Origin: Bugula neritina
Lineage: Eukaryota > Animalia > Bryozoa
Direction: 5' to 3'
DNA: 64,000 nt
Assembly: GCA_964035545.1 (NCBI GenBank)
Contig: OZ037769.1
Coordinates: 1,364,001-1,428,000 of the forward strand
Part shown: piece after piece, positions 26,319 to 41,400 of the stretch
How the letters are laid out: each line of letters begins with the position of its first letter
Numbering within the stretch: the stretch's first letter is position 1
Program-made: the position numbers and the translations under genes
Notes under the pieces: generated by a model
Seen by the model: only the letters and a program-made list of their open reading frames with translations
What the model was told of the DNA's origin: nothing
Database searches by the model: none

Positions 26319-29300
26319 TTCAAAGTCTACTGCAAAATAAAAAATAACTAACTGAATTCTTACTTGATAAAAAGAACTTAAGTGATAGAAAAAATATCTA
26401 TATGAATGGAATTCAACAATAAAAAATCATACGTTTTGCAGACCGAAGTTTTGCTACAAGCCCGTGAATCATAGCAGAAGGCATGTAAGTAGTGTTTGGC
26501 AGAACTGTAACAAAATTTCTAAACATGTTTGTGTCTGAATGAAACCACTGCCACTTTAGAGTACAACAGAGAAGAGAATAAACTGCGATATTAGCATTGT
26601 TTGGGTGACTTTACTTGTAGCGCAAATTTATACACAACTTTATACACAACGCCATACGCAGCATTTCAGTTATATTAGATATATTAGATACTAATTGCCA
26701 CGTACACTCATACTGGTAGCAGTCAAAACATCAATATCTAGCTAAAACAAAACAAACACTAAATTTCAAAACCATTTATATTTATTACAATTTTTTTTCG
26801 TAAACTAGATGAGACATAAAAGGTTTAAATAAGTTAATTTAATTTATATTATACAAAGCAACTCTAAAGCAATAAAAATGTCATTAAATGATATACTTCA
26901 ATACAGCCAAGCTGTTTTTATAAGCATTGTCTAATCTTAATAGAAAAAAAATAATGATATACTTGCATGTGTGTATGAAATAGGCACCTAATATATTAAC
27001 TACAATTTGAGTGACCAGGGTAGTTTACAAGCTGCAAACTATAGCATCTTAACACATGTATTTAATCAGACACTTATAGGCTAGGAACTCCGACTATATA
27101 TTATGCACTAACATTACATTGCAAGGGAGGCATGTTTATACGAGATAATATCCAGAATGATACTGTATTATTACAGCTGAACAGCATGTGAGCGCTAATT
27201 AGAACCTTATCATTAACACATCCATAAGCATATTTAGTAATTAATTGACAAAAATGAAAACCACTGTTGCGTACTAACAGAAACTGTGCAAACACAGCTT
27301 CAAATTAGCATCCTGAAGAAGGAGATTTAGATATCCAATCAAGTATTATAAAGTTGTGGAGTAAAAAATGAATATTCTGAGTCTAGAGAGCTGCTTTACC
27401 TTTCGTAGTATGAATATCTCCCAGAATGCAGCTGCTTCCAAGTTCACTTAATGTTTAGTGTAATGTATTGATGCAAATTATAACTTAATGGAAGCTAAGC
27501 ATTTTTTGTATGATTCAGACTCACACTGGATTATTGCCATAAATTATTCAACTGTGACACTTGAATTAGAAATGGTGGAAGAAGTTTAGCATTCAGAGGC
27601 GGAAATTAGGTAGGTTAAAGGACATGGAGGGATAATTACTATCTCCTATACATCTATTACATAACATGCTTATACAACTGCCTGGTTACACGCCATCATC
27701 TATCAACTAAATCTATTCCTCAATGTAAATAGTGAACTGTTTAATTTTTGATTAGGTATTACATTTGCAGTGTTCAAGTAATGACAGGTATCTTATCAAA
27801 ATTACATGAATTATTGTTTGTGTAATTTATTATTGTGTATTTGTAGTTTTTGACTCCCTGGATGTGCCATTAAAGAATTTATAATATCCTGTAGTTTACA
27901 ATTAGATCCAGTGTAGCGAAATGCATTGTAGGTAATGAAACTGAGCATCAATTACAAAGCAAACAAATAAAATGATGATCTTGGTGCATGCAAACAATCC
28001 TCTCTATAATACACAACTGTTTGATTAGCATCCTTAACAAGGATAAAATAACAGATGGTGACAATGATGCAGCAAAAAGACGTTTTGAATTGCAATAAGT
28101 GGCTATTTATATTTTCTTGAGTATAAATTCTTGAATAATAATAATAGAGGCTGTATAATTGATTACAGGTCATCAATGTGAAATTTAAAGTGTCTTACAG
28201 TATGCATGACTAATACAAAAATAAATGTTAATTTCACATTTAAAGGTGTGTCTTGCTTAAATTTCTAAACAGGGTCACATGACACAATACAAAATAATGC
28301 TTTAATAATAATGTGAGGAATTGACTATCAGTATAGCCTAATGATTATATATCATTGCTAAGACAAAAAGCGTTGCAACAGTGAGCAAATGATTTTTCAT
28401 AATCAAAGGAAACATTTACTTCACCGATTTCAACAACTCAAAATTGTTTCATCTTCATTCACTCGTGACCAAAAAATTAAAATAATTTTTTTAAGAAGCA
28501 ATTTAAAAATGGCTGAAAAGAGTGAAGAGAAATATGAATTTATATCAATAAATATCCATAGTTATACTTAGGCTGCTACATTGTCTCATACTAATACTAA
28601 GTTTTATACATATAGATTTAGTCATAGTTATACGTAGTATAAAGTACAAAAACATACTGCTTTATACAGCTTATCATGCCTATAACTATAGTAATAGTTA
28701 TGGCTTTTCCAAATCTAATGGCATAACACTTACATTGGCACTGGTCAAAATGAATAATTATTACTATAAAATCAAAATATAATTATTAGGAATATGATTA
28801 TCAGTAACACCTTCACACTGAGTCTCACAGCCAAGCTCAATCTGTTGAATCCAATCATTAATGTTACATTTATTCATAAGTATTAGTATAACTTCAAATT
28901 GCTATAAACTAAAAATATCAATAACATAATAAAATGAGAAAAATGTATCCATATAGTAATATAACTAATTCAACACGTTCATGGTAATATTATTAGTAAT
29001 AATCAGAACCTCTGAAACAAAATTGAAATAAAACTAGAAACTCAGACTGAGTGTGAGTGTAAGAGTGACACTGACACCCAGTCCGAGTCTCTACTCTCTA
29101 ATTTTATAATATCCGCCATTCAGTGTAGCAAAATGCATTGTGTTTGTAGGCACTGAGACTGAGCATGAATACCATTAAATTCAATTACAAAGTAAACGAA
29201 TAAAGTGATAATTTTAGAACATGTAAACACAGTATGACTACGAGTATGAGTAAACAACTCTAAGTCTATGTCCTAACTCTATACATGTATTACAAAACTT

Positions 29301-29885
29301 CTTCACAAAACAGTAACAGCATGAGCATAACTATATTGATAATGATGATCATAATGATTATTATTATCAATATAAAATTAAATAATAACATATCATTGAC
29401 ATTACCATAATTATAATATTTATCAGCTTCAGATTATAATTATCATTATGATTATGATATTGATTATGAGAAATTTAAAATTAAATATGTGATTTGGAAA
29501 TCAGAATGGTATGAAACGAAATAAAAACATTGAATTTAAATCAAAGACAATAAAAATATTTGTATCATACAATGAAAATACCTTAAAGTGGTAAGTATTA
29601 GGTTCTACTGAAAGAATAACGTGTAACTGTAAGATTATAAGATTTTGTTAATACAAGATACTCTCACACTAGATTTTATTTCTCAATGCCATTTCCGGGT
29701 TATTTGTAGAGCTGTAAGCTGCAAATGCAGGTTTAACTTTTCAGAGATATGTATAACGTAACTTATACCTGTTAGGCTGGTCTTTGCGCTTTTATGTGTT
29801 TCCTGTTTGAAACGGGTGCAAAATGAAATGTCAACTTGAAGAAAAATAACTTTTTAATTTGTTTCAGAGTTAGACAAACATCACC

Positions 29886-32800
29886 ATGGCCACAACTATG
29901 GTTTATGACACTATGCGATTGTAAGTAGAATGTATTTTTATTTTGTTTCAAAATGTTTCGCCTAACAGTAAATTTATTCGTTGTTGAATCTAGAATAATG
30001 AAGCAGAAAATGAAATAGCTACGATAATCCTAATCTAAGGCTAAAAGTAAATCGTTATCATTATGATTATCATTATGACTTCATTACCACAATAATAATA
30101 TTAATATCTATAATTATAAGTATAAGTTTTATAACTATTAGTATTAATTTATTAGTATTACTCTTAGAGTATTATTCTTAGTAATACTTCAAGCGTATTA
30201 TAAAAAAGTTAACACAATTACTGAATTAGTGAAATACCAACCTTTAGCCCACACTGACACTGTAAGTGTAAAACAAATGAGGCACTTCTATAACCTTGAG
30301 TGTTTCCAAGTGTTCTATCACTATGTCTTTAAAAGTATTTTAAGATACTGGTTTAGCACGAATATCAAATTTAATAATAATTAATTAATATATAATAAAG
30401 CTAAACATAAAACAAGTGATTAGTGAATAGTGACTATAACTATAAGCCAGTATTATTCAGTATAAGGGTCACACTCACTATCAACTTCAAGTTCAATATG
30501 AACATCAATTCAAGCATCAAGTTTAACATGAACATAAGCATGCTGATTCTCATACCGATACTGATAGGCATAGTCACACAGCGATATACTAACAAATGAA
30601 TAATATTAATTATCATAATGATAATGATTATCATCATTATGATTATTGATATAATTAATCATTATTGTGATAACCATTATAACATTGATAGTCATAATCA
30701 CAATAATAATGCGGATGTGTATAAACTAACATGATCCGTAGTAATTATTATACGTACAAATTGAGATGGTCACTGAGTGAGATACAGATCATATATTTAT
30801 AATTTAAATAAGCAATACCAAGATAATTACATATCATTATATGACGCTCACAATAAAATTAAATATAATAGGTATACTTATTACTTAATACTATGACTGC
30901 AATTCTTAGTATTATTCTGTCCACTGATACCAACAGTAAAACTAATACTTGTAGTTGTAGTACTGGTAACAAGTATACTAATACTAATGCAATAATAGTA
31001 GTGATACTCACTCTAAAGTATAATTATTATAGAATGATTGTAAATATATATATAAATTTGTAGAACTAATAATTTTTTTTATGATTTCTAATTTATTAAC
31101 TTCTATATTAGTTTGATTGATTTTCAAATTTATAATTATTAAAAATGAGAATTCATGCTTAAAATGAACTTTTAAATATAATGTATATTACTGTTGGATT
31201 GTGTTATTTAAACAAAATGTTTACTTTAGGTATGTTGGCAGTGACCAGTACGTAGTTCAACCTACAGAAGCTAACCAAAGTCTTGTCATTGACAGAATTA
31301 CTCGGGAGTTAAATATAGTTGAAGGTAGTAGAAACATGGTTAAAGAAACACAGATGTGCTCATTTTTAACTTAGATCATTTTCATGTTGAAGGAACTATA
31401 ACTAGTTCATAATTATTTCTTTGCGAAATTTTATATGTCAAATGAATTAATGTCTTCGTTGGAATTATTAATTATAATGTATGTTTTTGTAAATTATTAT
31501 ATTTTGTCTCCTCAACTAACTTTACTCAATTGAGAGGGTTTTACTTTGATTTTACACTAAGCTTGCAAACTGTACAAATGTGAATATAAACTTTCAATTT
31601 TAATTCCAGATCTTGAAAATTTGTTTCTCATATACATTTTGCTTTGGTTTAGGGTCCCCAGATATACCCGCATACAGTACAAGTAAAAACATATACGGTA
31701 TTGTTGGAATAATACGGCTGCTTTCAGGTAGGCATATCACGTGTTAGTCTGACTCTGCCTTAACTTGACACTTTTAATATATTTAATTTTTGTGTATAGA
31801 ACAATGTGATTCGGTTTTTTTCTTATTTTTCAAACTTGAATATTTTTGAGTGGCTGGCACTTTACTACTGACCTTTTTGTTTAGGTCCTCAGCTGGTTGT
31901 TATAACGGACAGGGTGCTAGTAGGAGAGATCAATGGCCATTTGATATGGATGATCACCAAAACAGAGGTGCTACCTTATGCCAGGAGTAATCTCCACCTT
32001 AATACACAACAGGTAGTACCCTCTGCGTGTCAATAGCATAAGTATGCACGGGATCTTTCAGATAATTAAGGTGATATGAATAGTACATGCTATTAAGACT
32101 GCAAAAGGCCTATATATTATCAATCTTAAACATAATTTCTATTAGAAAACTTGAAATTAGTTGAAATTGTAATTCTAATGCCTGTAATTTTCATTTCAGT
32201 GTTCTAATCTCTTCTTGTATTTCATGAGTTTATCCTCTGATATTTTATAATGTTCTCTCCAGCAACAAGATGATAAAACTTATGAGGCAATGCTAAAAGC
32301 TGCGCTAGAGATCAAAGGGCTGTACTACTCGACGTCATATGATTTGACTCACACTTTACAGAGACTCTACAATACCAGTATGTATAGTCAGTTCTAGTCA
32401 CACTAGTATGTATAGTCAGTTCTAGTCACACTAGTATGTATAGTCAGTTCTAGTCACATATAATTCAAGTTAAGAGAGTGGAGTAACAACTAGCATGTAT
32501 GTTGTATGACATTCTCTGCTCTTTACGCAGTTAACCAATCATATTCTCTGCTCTGTATGCAGTTAACCAATCATATTATCTGCTCTGTACGCAGTTAACC
32601 AATCATATTATCTGCTCTGTATGCAGTTAACCAATCATATTTCCAGGTGCTGAATTCTCCAGCATCCCTTTGGCAGAGCGAGCTGATCAGAGGTTTGTCT
32701 GGAATCACAACCTGTTGAGGGAGTTGAAACATCAAGCTGACTTGTCTCTGTACACGCTGCCGATCATGTGTGGCTGTATCCTTTCCTTCCACTTGATCAG

Positions 32801-35800
32801 TTTAAGTTTTTTGATTGGTTGTGAAATAATCTTTCTCTGCTGATTCCTAGTCAATCAGAACCCAAGAGTTGCCCAGAAATTATTGCCTGAACTATAGCAC
32901 TGGGTACCTTCTGTTACTAAATTTTACCAACATTTGCAATCAGTTATAAAAGTGGAATTGTCTGCTTTTTAATTTCATTTCACTGGACTTTATTGGCTGA
33001 ATTAAGCAAGTTTCATGAATTATCACCGCTAGAGTATCTAAACACATTTTGTATTGTATGACTGAATTATAAACAGTATAATTATTATTTCAATTGAGCT
33101 GAAGTTGTTTCCTCAACACATAGTATACAGTCATAGCCATCAAACCTGTGTCTATGAAAGGCCATAATTTCACGTACGTGTTGGTATCTCGTAGAAGTGT
33201 GTTTCGAGCCGGCACCAGGTGGGGGAGTTTGTTACTTTACACCATGCTTATACCACATACCTTGTATTGTATTCTAATATCCTACACAATACCTATACCA
33301 CATACTTTGTATTATATTCTAATATCCTACACAATATTTATATCATGTACCTTGTAATATATTCCAATATCCTACACAATGTTTATAATATAGCAATTCC
33401 ATACTTTGTATTATTATATATTTTCTTGCAAGATTGTACTGGCCGAAACATTGTTATGGTAGGATGTATGAATTATATATTGTTGAACTGCGTATTGGGT
33501 TTCATATTTTGTTATACAAGTAACTGAGTATTTTGTTAACTCTTTTCTTAGCACATGTAGGTGCATTACATATACATATAATATACATACATATATACAC
33601 TTCACATGGACATAGATACATAGATACATAGATACATATTACATGTACTTATATCATATATACTACATATATACATATATATTACATGCACCTATATTAT
33701 ACTTCTGTAGATACAATGTCCGAGGACTGGACTCTGATGGGCATGCGGCCAATTTTGTTGAGACAGAGCAGATTGTGGAGTATGACTACACCAAATGTTC
33801 TTTCGTGCAGGTAAACACGTGCAACACCGTACATACATCCATCAATGCGGTGCATTTGGAGTGTAATTTGGACTATTACAGCTGATATGTTGTCTTGGTT
33901 ACAACTGTTGAACATATTGTCATGGTTACAGCTGATATGTTGTCATGGTTACAGCTGATATGCTGCCATGGTGACAGTTGATATGTTGTCATAGTTACAG
34001 TTGACTTCTTTTAGACTAGAGGCTCCATTCCTCTCAGCTGGTCTCAACATGTGAACCTCAAATATAAACCAAAACCAAAGATTAACGACACAAATCACGT
34101 ACGTAACTCTTCAACTCCCTATGCAGTCTTCCTTTATACACCTTTACTGTTTTGTGATTACTACTACTTCTCTTAGCATGCCAGTTATTTATGTTCAGTT
34201 TTGGTATTTTGTAGCAAAAATTATTCAATGACCATTTCAGTGGACAGATATACAACTATGGCAAGCAGGTGCTTGTCAATCTGGTAAGTAGTATCAGTGT
34301 CAGATTCTCATATTTTTACTGGTCTTCTCTCTCTTATAACAACCTCTGCATGTAGTTGTCACCTTATTCTCTTGTCATCCATACTGTAGTATTGTATCAG
34401 TATCTCCTCGCTTAGGTCAACCTGACAGGCAGTGAAGGTAGGTTGGCATATGAAATGGAACAGCAGGTGCTCCGAGCTGCCAACAGTAACATGAGGTACG
34501 AGGCGTTTGACTTCCACAAGGAGTGCTCTCCCAGCTGGAGCAGACTCTCCGTGTTGATGGACCGTCTAGCTTCAGATCAGCAGCAGTTTGGGTGAGTTTC
34601 TAGGGCTATGTTCATTTCTAGGGATATGTTTGTCTCTAGGGCTATGTTGTATAGGCTTGTAGATCTCTAGGGCTATATTATATTGACTATGTTTTGCTAA
34701 CATGTGACTACACAGTTGAAGGCTTTCTGTTGAATGCCACTATATAGTTGAGTATATATTAATTTTATCCACCATTATTCTCGGAATTTCGTGAAATGCA
34801 TCTCACCACATTATAATATTTAACTATAACAGCATGCAAATATTATGTTCTGTTATATTTTTTAATATTATATAATGTTATGTAACATTTTACCATGTTT
34901 TAACTCATATTATCATACTCTCAACCACATCATGTAATATCATACCATATAATGTTATATTATTGTATCACATGTTATATTATGTGATATTATGTAATAG
35001 AAGACCACAACGAGCTGATATTCTCACAAACAGGTATCTAATGGTAAACAAGACAGCGTCAGAAGTGAGGCAGCAGAAAGGCGTGTTCAGAGTGAACTGC
35101 ATGGACTGTCTAGACAGAACTAACGTAGTCGAAGGTCTACTGGCTAAAAGATCTCTCCGGGACCAACTCATCCTCCTGGGTATACTGCAGGAGAGTGACA
35201 AGATAGAGGCACAGGGCACATTCGATTATGTTTTTAGGAATGGTTAGTTTTTTACCTGAATATTCCAACTATGCATGTTCAGCTTATAATATAATAATCT
35301 TAGCATCTTACATTAGATAGTTAGCATGTTATACAGTTTATATCTGAACACCTTACATTAAATAGTTAACATATTATAGGGTACCATAATAAAAGTTGCT
35401 GTTCAATGATATGTCATGGTTTATGGTTATATTTGACTAATCATATTATTCAGAGCTAATAGTTCAATCTGAGTTCACATGTTTTAGTTTGGGCTGACAA
35501 TGCTGACTTCATATCCCTCCAGTATGCTGGAACAGGTGCTCTGAAAACTGACTTTACCAGGTAATTGTGTTGTAACATACCTTCTCACCTGAGAAGGTAT
35601 GTTATACCTTTGCTATGTGAAAGCAAGCAGGTTAACATACTGTGCTAAAACTGTTATGTATTGGAATGAGTTCTCTATTGTTTCATGTTCTGAATTTTTT
35701 TATACATGCTACAAGTCTGGTTAGCATGTTTTCTACACGTTACACTTGCTGACACAGGACTGGCCAAAGAACCCGCTGGGGTTTGCTTCAAGATGGATGG

Positions 35801-36391
35801 AACTCAGCTATCAGATATCTGAAGAATAATTTCAGTGACGGATTCAGACAAGATTCGTTAGACTTGTTTTTAGGTGAGTGACTCACTACTCTGCTATAGC
35901 TACAAGTTTTATAATCTGAAACATATATTTTGTCAAGTGATTAACACTGCATGTGTGTATAAATGATTGCATGGTATATACATACATGTAATAATTCGTG
36001 TTGTAGGAAACCATATTGTAGATGAATTAGAAGGTACTGTCAAAACCTGCCCGTTGAATGTGGAGAGAGACCTCAAGTTTTACGCTGTAAGTCTTTATCT
36101 CTTTCCGGCTGTTTCCGGCCATCGATTTTATTTCTACGTTCGTGCTGCCATGGCCCGCATGTAGTGATACCTAATAGCTTTTATCTTTCCTTACAGCTAC
36201 CCGTGGTCTTTCTTGTGGCCTTTGCAATGTTCACGTTTACCGTTCTCCTTCCTGGCGAGAGTTTGACGGAGCAAATAGGCACCATCTTGTTTTGGGGAGG
36301 AGCAAGTATCACGTCTCTTATTACTATTTATATCTACGGAGATGACTTTGTTGATCTCCCTAAACTTGGCGAGAAAGATAAGGAAGTGTAG
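29886..36391 (+). CDS. SACM1L: Phosphatidylinositol-4-phosphate phosphatase SAC1
   Basis: About 16 exons from ATG 29886 ([12 protein letters not shown]). Motifs [53 protein letters not shown], catalytic [12 protein letters not shown] (CX5R), [23 protein letters not shown], and two C-terminal TM helices. Confidence 0.97.
32776..33130 (+). other. U12-type (minor spliceosome) GT-AG intron in SAC1
   Basis: 5' site GTATCCTTT and branch-like TTTCCTCAAC ~14 nt upstream of the AG. Splicing restores [16 protein letters not shown] in frame. Confidence 0.88.
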
Positions 36392-36952
36392 GAAAGCCCA
36401 TTGGCTAAACTAAGCCAACCATATTTCACCAACTTTTAAACTCCTTTTAGCACTGTTGCTGCTTAGTCTATTTCTTTTCGTGGTCTATAGATTCAATACA
36501 TTATTTATGTTGATAAAATTATTACGTTAAAATAATTATAATAAATTATTGAACCTCTAACTGTGTGACTTTGCAATTTATTATGCAGTTAAATGGCCAA
36601 CTGTATAAATTTCTGACTCAAGTATAAGTTGAGAGAATTGAGGTGTGGCTAACGAATGTTTCAACTGTCAGCTATAATCAAATGACCCAAACTCTACATT
36701 ATAGAATTATAGTTTTAATTAATTTCTTGACCATGAAGAATGTTGATAAAAAGAGACAAATAATTTTTTCGCTTGCTAGCTTCAAGAGATAAAAAGTTTT
36801 AACAAGGAAGAAAACTCTGATTTTTTGCCAAAATATTGGCCAGTATAGCTTTTTACAATTTACATAATTTATCTTTTAAAATATAAAATCAGTTTTTGTT
36901 ACATAACTTTATTGATCTATAAGATATAATTGATTACATAATTTGTTTTTAT

Positions 36953-37570
36953 TTACATTACTCCGCAGAAAGCTTCGTAACACTTGAAGTCCAGTCTCGC
37001 CCGATTCAGTGGTCTGACGACCTTGTAAATCACTTCACTGGCCGAGCACCGCATTACTTCCACTTTAACCGTAGCTGCCTTACAACTGTCACCAGAAACT
37101 CGGTACGAATCAACAGTCTTCTTCACTCCAACTATCTCTGGTAAATCACCGTCACTCCAATATGGTAGAAGGGTGCCACAGCTCTTTGATTTTGGGCATG
37201 AATTGAGCATTTTACTTCCTCCTGGACCAGAGAATTTAAACCATTCTACATCTTCCTTGAAGTCACAAGCGTACCCATCATAGGAATAATTTCCACCCGG
37301 TCTGTGGCCAGTTCCTTGGTGATCCAGTCTCCAGGCTTCAGTGAAACTAGTTGCTGTGAAGCACTCCGGTGGAGTTATTTTCCTTACCAAATCATTTCTG
37401 TTACACTCAAGGAGCTTGGTGAAGACTTCATTGAAGCTCACAGTTTCTGCGTTGTAGCTGACTAGACCAGGGCACTTGCTCGACAACAGGTTGTGAAGGA
37501 TCTTCACCTTGGCATTCTGTTCAGATCTAACCAAGGCGCAAACCAACAAACTAACTATCAAATATCTCAT
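36953..37570 (-). CDS. Intronless secreted Cys-rich protein with a UMOD/GP2/OIT3-like D8C domain
   Basis: 205-aa single ORF with signal peptide MRYLIVSLLVCALVRS. The pattern WR..YACD..WFKFSGPGG..MLNSCP..CGT..PYW..P..C..V.V.RC..IYK..C..AFC is typical of D8C domains. Confidence 0.82.
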   Translation of the reverse strand: MRYLIVSLLVCALVRSEQNAKVKILHNLLSSKCPGLVSYNAETVSFNEVFTKLLECNRNDLVRKITPPECFTATSFTEAWRLDHQGTGHRPGGNYSYDGYACDFKEDVEWFKFSGPGGSKMLNSCPKSKSCGTLLPYWSDGDLPEIVGVKKTVDSYRVSGDSCKAATVKVEVMRCSASEVIYKVVRPLNRARLDFKCYEAFCGVM

Positions 37571-38448
37571 GTCTTGCGCTGCTCTTAGTAAGTACTAGCT
37601 CTTGAGGTAGTCTAGAACTATTTGATTTCTCTACACTATCTCTACTATATACACTTCTCTACTCTCCAAATGGTGGGCGATTTTATCATAGTTCAAATAT
37701 TTAGAGACTCAGATGTAGGCTAATCAGTCAAAGCTGGCTGGCTTAGCAAACAGCTCCACCAAACTGTTGATTTGAATCAACATCTGCTTGTCCACAGGAA
37801 ACACGCGGTATGATTTGCAGATAAAAAGTAGTCAAGAGTATTTACTTTTCGTGTAAAAAGTATAGGACGGCACCTACGCAAGTCATGTGCAAACATTTGA
37901 AGATAATGCTGGATTAAAGTTGCTGACGCCATGTAACACCCAACTTAATTTCGAATGCCTTGAATCATATAGTCCAGTCAAAGTGCTATGTTACTGATTA
38001 AGCAACAGAGTCTATGATTACAAAAGGAATAACCAATATTGCAATAAGATTTACATCAATTTCACAGGCATTCAGAATATTAAGGAGTTGGAAAAGACAG
38101 AACCGTTTTAGCACAATGGTTTCAGATATCTGTTTCTTTAGATAAAATAAAATTCATAAAAATTGGCACCAAATAAAAGTTGCTACAATGCACAACTTAT
38201 ACAAATTCAACAGGACTTGATACAGTTTGTTTGAATACTGTCATTTCACATTGCAAAGGTTGTGATCCAATATATACTTTTAAAAGTGTGTGAAAAAAAG
38301 GGGATGAGATGGTAAAATAATACAAACTTTTCCACAATGAAGATTATGACAAAAATAATTTAAAAGAATATAAAATGCAAGCTTCATACACCGATTACAC
38401 TTGCAGAGCATATAAACATAGTTCCCAGTCTATCATAGACTGAGTTCT

Positions 38449-41400
38449 TCATATTGAACTTAAGGGTGAGATACTCAAGAGAGAGAGTCCATGTGACAGA
38501 GTGAGTCTAGCACAGTGAAACATCAACAGTCTAGCCTCAGCTACATCCTGTCTCTCACCTTTAACGGTGAGCTTCTTGAAAGCTGAGTTGGAGAGGTGAC
38601 TACAAGGTGAAGAGACAACTCCTTAACGTAAGGTGGAATAATATCTCACAAGGTAAGATAACTACAGGATAAGATGCAGTGCAAGTGATGAGTAGATTAT
38701 ATGTATGTTATCGTGGTACAAAAAACAATGCAATGTAAGACAAAATACTATATTCTATGTCAAGAAATAATATTTTGAGCAAGTTTTATTAATAAAATAA
38801 ATTCAGCTGATGAAAAACAGGTTGAAAAATATGAAGGACTATTCCTAGCATGAAACTTTAGCAATGCTAGAAAACATATTACAAAATACATTCATCTGTG
38901 TTAGAATTCGGACGGCTGGTGTTGCCACGTAACAACAAACTTACCACAAGTCAAACAAATATCGCACCAGGACACAAGCTTCCTGTTGCGAGGCAGACTT
39001 TTTAACTGCTTCATCATATCTACAAATCAGAGTAGTAACTCTTTGTTTATCTCTATAATATATACAGTACAGTTCTAACTATTCTATCTACAAACTATCC
39101 TATCTACAAACTGTTCTATCTACAAACTATTCTGTCTACAAACTATTCTATCTACAAACTATCCTATCTACAAACTGTTCTATCTACAAACTATTCTGTC
39201 TACAAACTATTCTATCTACAAACTATTCTATCTACAAACTATTCTATCTTCATACTTAGCCAAGTGGATTATCAATCTGATAGCTTCAGCTTCAACTAGC
39301 AACTCTAGAGAAGGGGACAGGTTCAACTCCACCCCGCAATTCTTTTCTAGACTGAAACAAAAAAAGTACATTGAGATATGGCAGCCAGAAGAAAAGTGGT
39401 CAAACGTATTCCTGCCGCTGCTGCTGATACAACCTGCTGCTGCCAACACAGCCCGCTGCTGCTGATACAACCTGCTGAGTCTCGAGTGAGTGATCTGTAG
39501 AAAGGGTCCCGAATCAGCTCCTAGACTCAGCACCTTCTCCCAATCAAAACTGTAGTCTTTCAGTCTGGATAGCCTTAGATCATAGACAATGACAGCACTG
39601 CTACTGAGACTCTCAGCTATACGTCCCAACTCCTCTCCAGTAGCCTGAGTTGCTACAAGTACAAACAGCGGCTAGTGACATCCTATCTGTCTCACAGTAT
39701 CTGCTTTATGGCAAGTCTGAGCATGATAGAGATGTATTCACAGGTGAAACTAGCAACTTCAGAAAACTCTTTTAACTGTGAGGCAAGTATGCGAAACACC
39801 TACAGTATCTGTAAATTCTTTGAGCTGTGAGGTAAACATAAGGACTGGCTTTGACTTACTGTTAGTGGAGCACATTTTTTCAATCATCCGTTGTTTAGCT
39901 TCTTCCAAGATGTCAGCAAGCAGGACGGAGGTTCCTTTGCGGGTGCTCATGCCACTCACCCTACCAAACTTCACGTGCTGTATTCTACAAGAACTGTGGC
40001 TATTAGAGACATACATATGCAATTCTAAGTAACGACAACTTGAGATAGTACACTGTATGAAATGTTAGAATTTTTTGCATAGTTTTTGTGTTTTATTGGA
40101 GTTGCTAGAAAAAATTGAAAGAGGTTAGACTTACAAAGATGATGCCAAGCTGCCGCTGTCTGTCAGCAAACTGTGGTGATCCACGATTCTGGCAATATTA
40201 CTTATGTGAGAGTGTTGACCATTGTCTACCTGTATATAGTAGAGTAGATATACTAATAGTAGAGTAGATATACTAATAGTAGAGTAGATATACTAATAGT
40301 AGAGTATATATACTAATAGTAGAGTAGATATACTAATAGTAGAGTAGATATACTAATAGTAGAGTAGATATACTAATAGTAGAGTATATAAACTAATAGT
40401 AGAGTAGATATACTGATAGTAGAGTAGATATACTGATAGTAGAGTAGATATACTAATAGTAGAGTAGATATACTAATAGTAGAGTAGATATACTAATAGT
40501 AGAGTAGATATACTAATAGTAGAGTATATAAACTAATAGTAGAGTAGATATACTAATAGTAGAGTAGATATACTAATAGTAGAGTAGATATACTAATAGT
40601 AGAGTAGATATACTAATAGCAGAGTAGATATACTAATAGTAGAGTAGATATACTAATAGTATAGTAGATATACTAATAGTAGAGTAGATATACTAATAGT
40701 AGAGTATATATACTAATAGTAGAGTATATATACTAATAGTAGAGTAGATATACTAATAGTAGAGTAGATATACTAATAGTAGAGTAGATATACTAATAGC
40801 AGAGTAGATATACTAATAGCAGAGTAGATATACTAGTAGTAGAGTAGATATACTAATAGCAGAGTAGATATACTAATAGTAGAGTAGATATACTAATAGT
40901 AGAGTAGATATACTAATAGTAGAGTATATATACTGATAGTAGAGTATATATATATATATACTACTGATGAAGTAGATATATTGAGAGTAGAAGAAGCAAA
41001 CATACCACGTACAACATTTTATCAAACTTATACTTCTTGTATCTAGAGAGGAAGGCAGCCACATCTCTGTAACACAACAAAAGAAGTCATATTGATAAAT
41101 CTGACTATTTGATCAATTTCAATCATAGAATAACTCTTAAAGAGCTCAGCTGTATAGGAGCCAAGAGAAAATATCTGTTACAGGCTTATATACGGTTAAA
41201 ATTATAGATATGGGTATTACACACAGCTGGTATACACACAGCTGGTTACCTGCTAATATACAGAGTAGAACCATTTCCTTTCAGAAGTACAACTTTCTGC
41301 AGTTTACTACTTTTATCTTCTAGCAAAGTGCAATATGCACCATCACTGAAACGACACATCAAACATATACTGGACAGGAAAATATTGATATGTGAAACAC

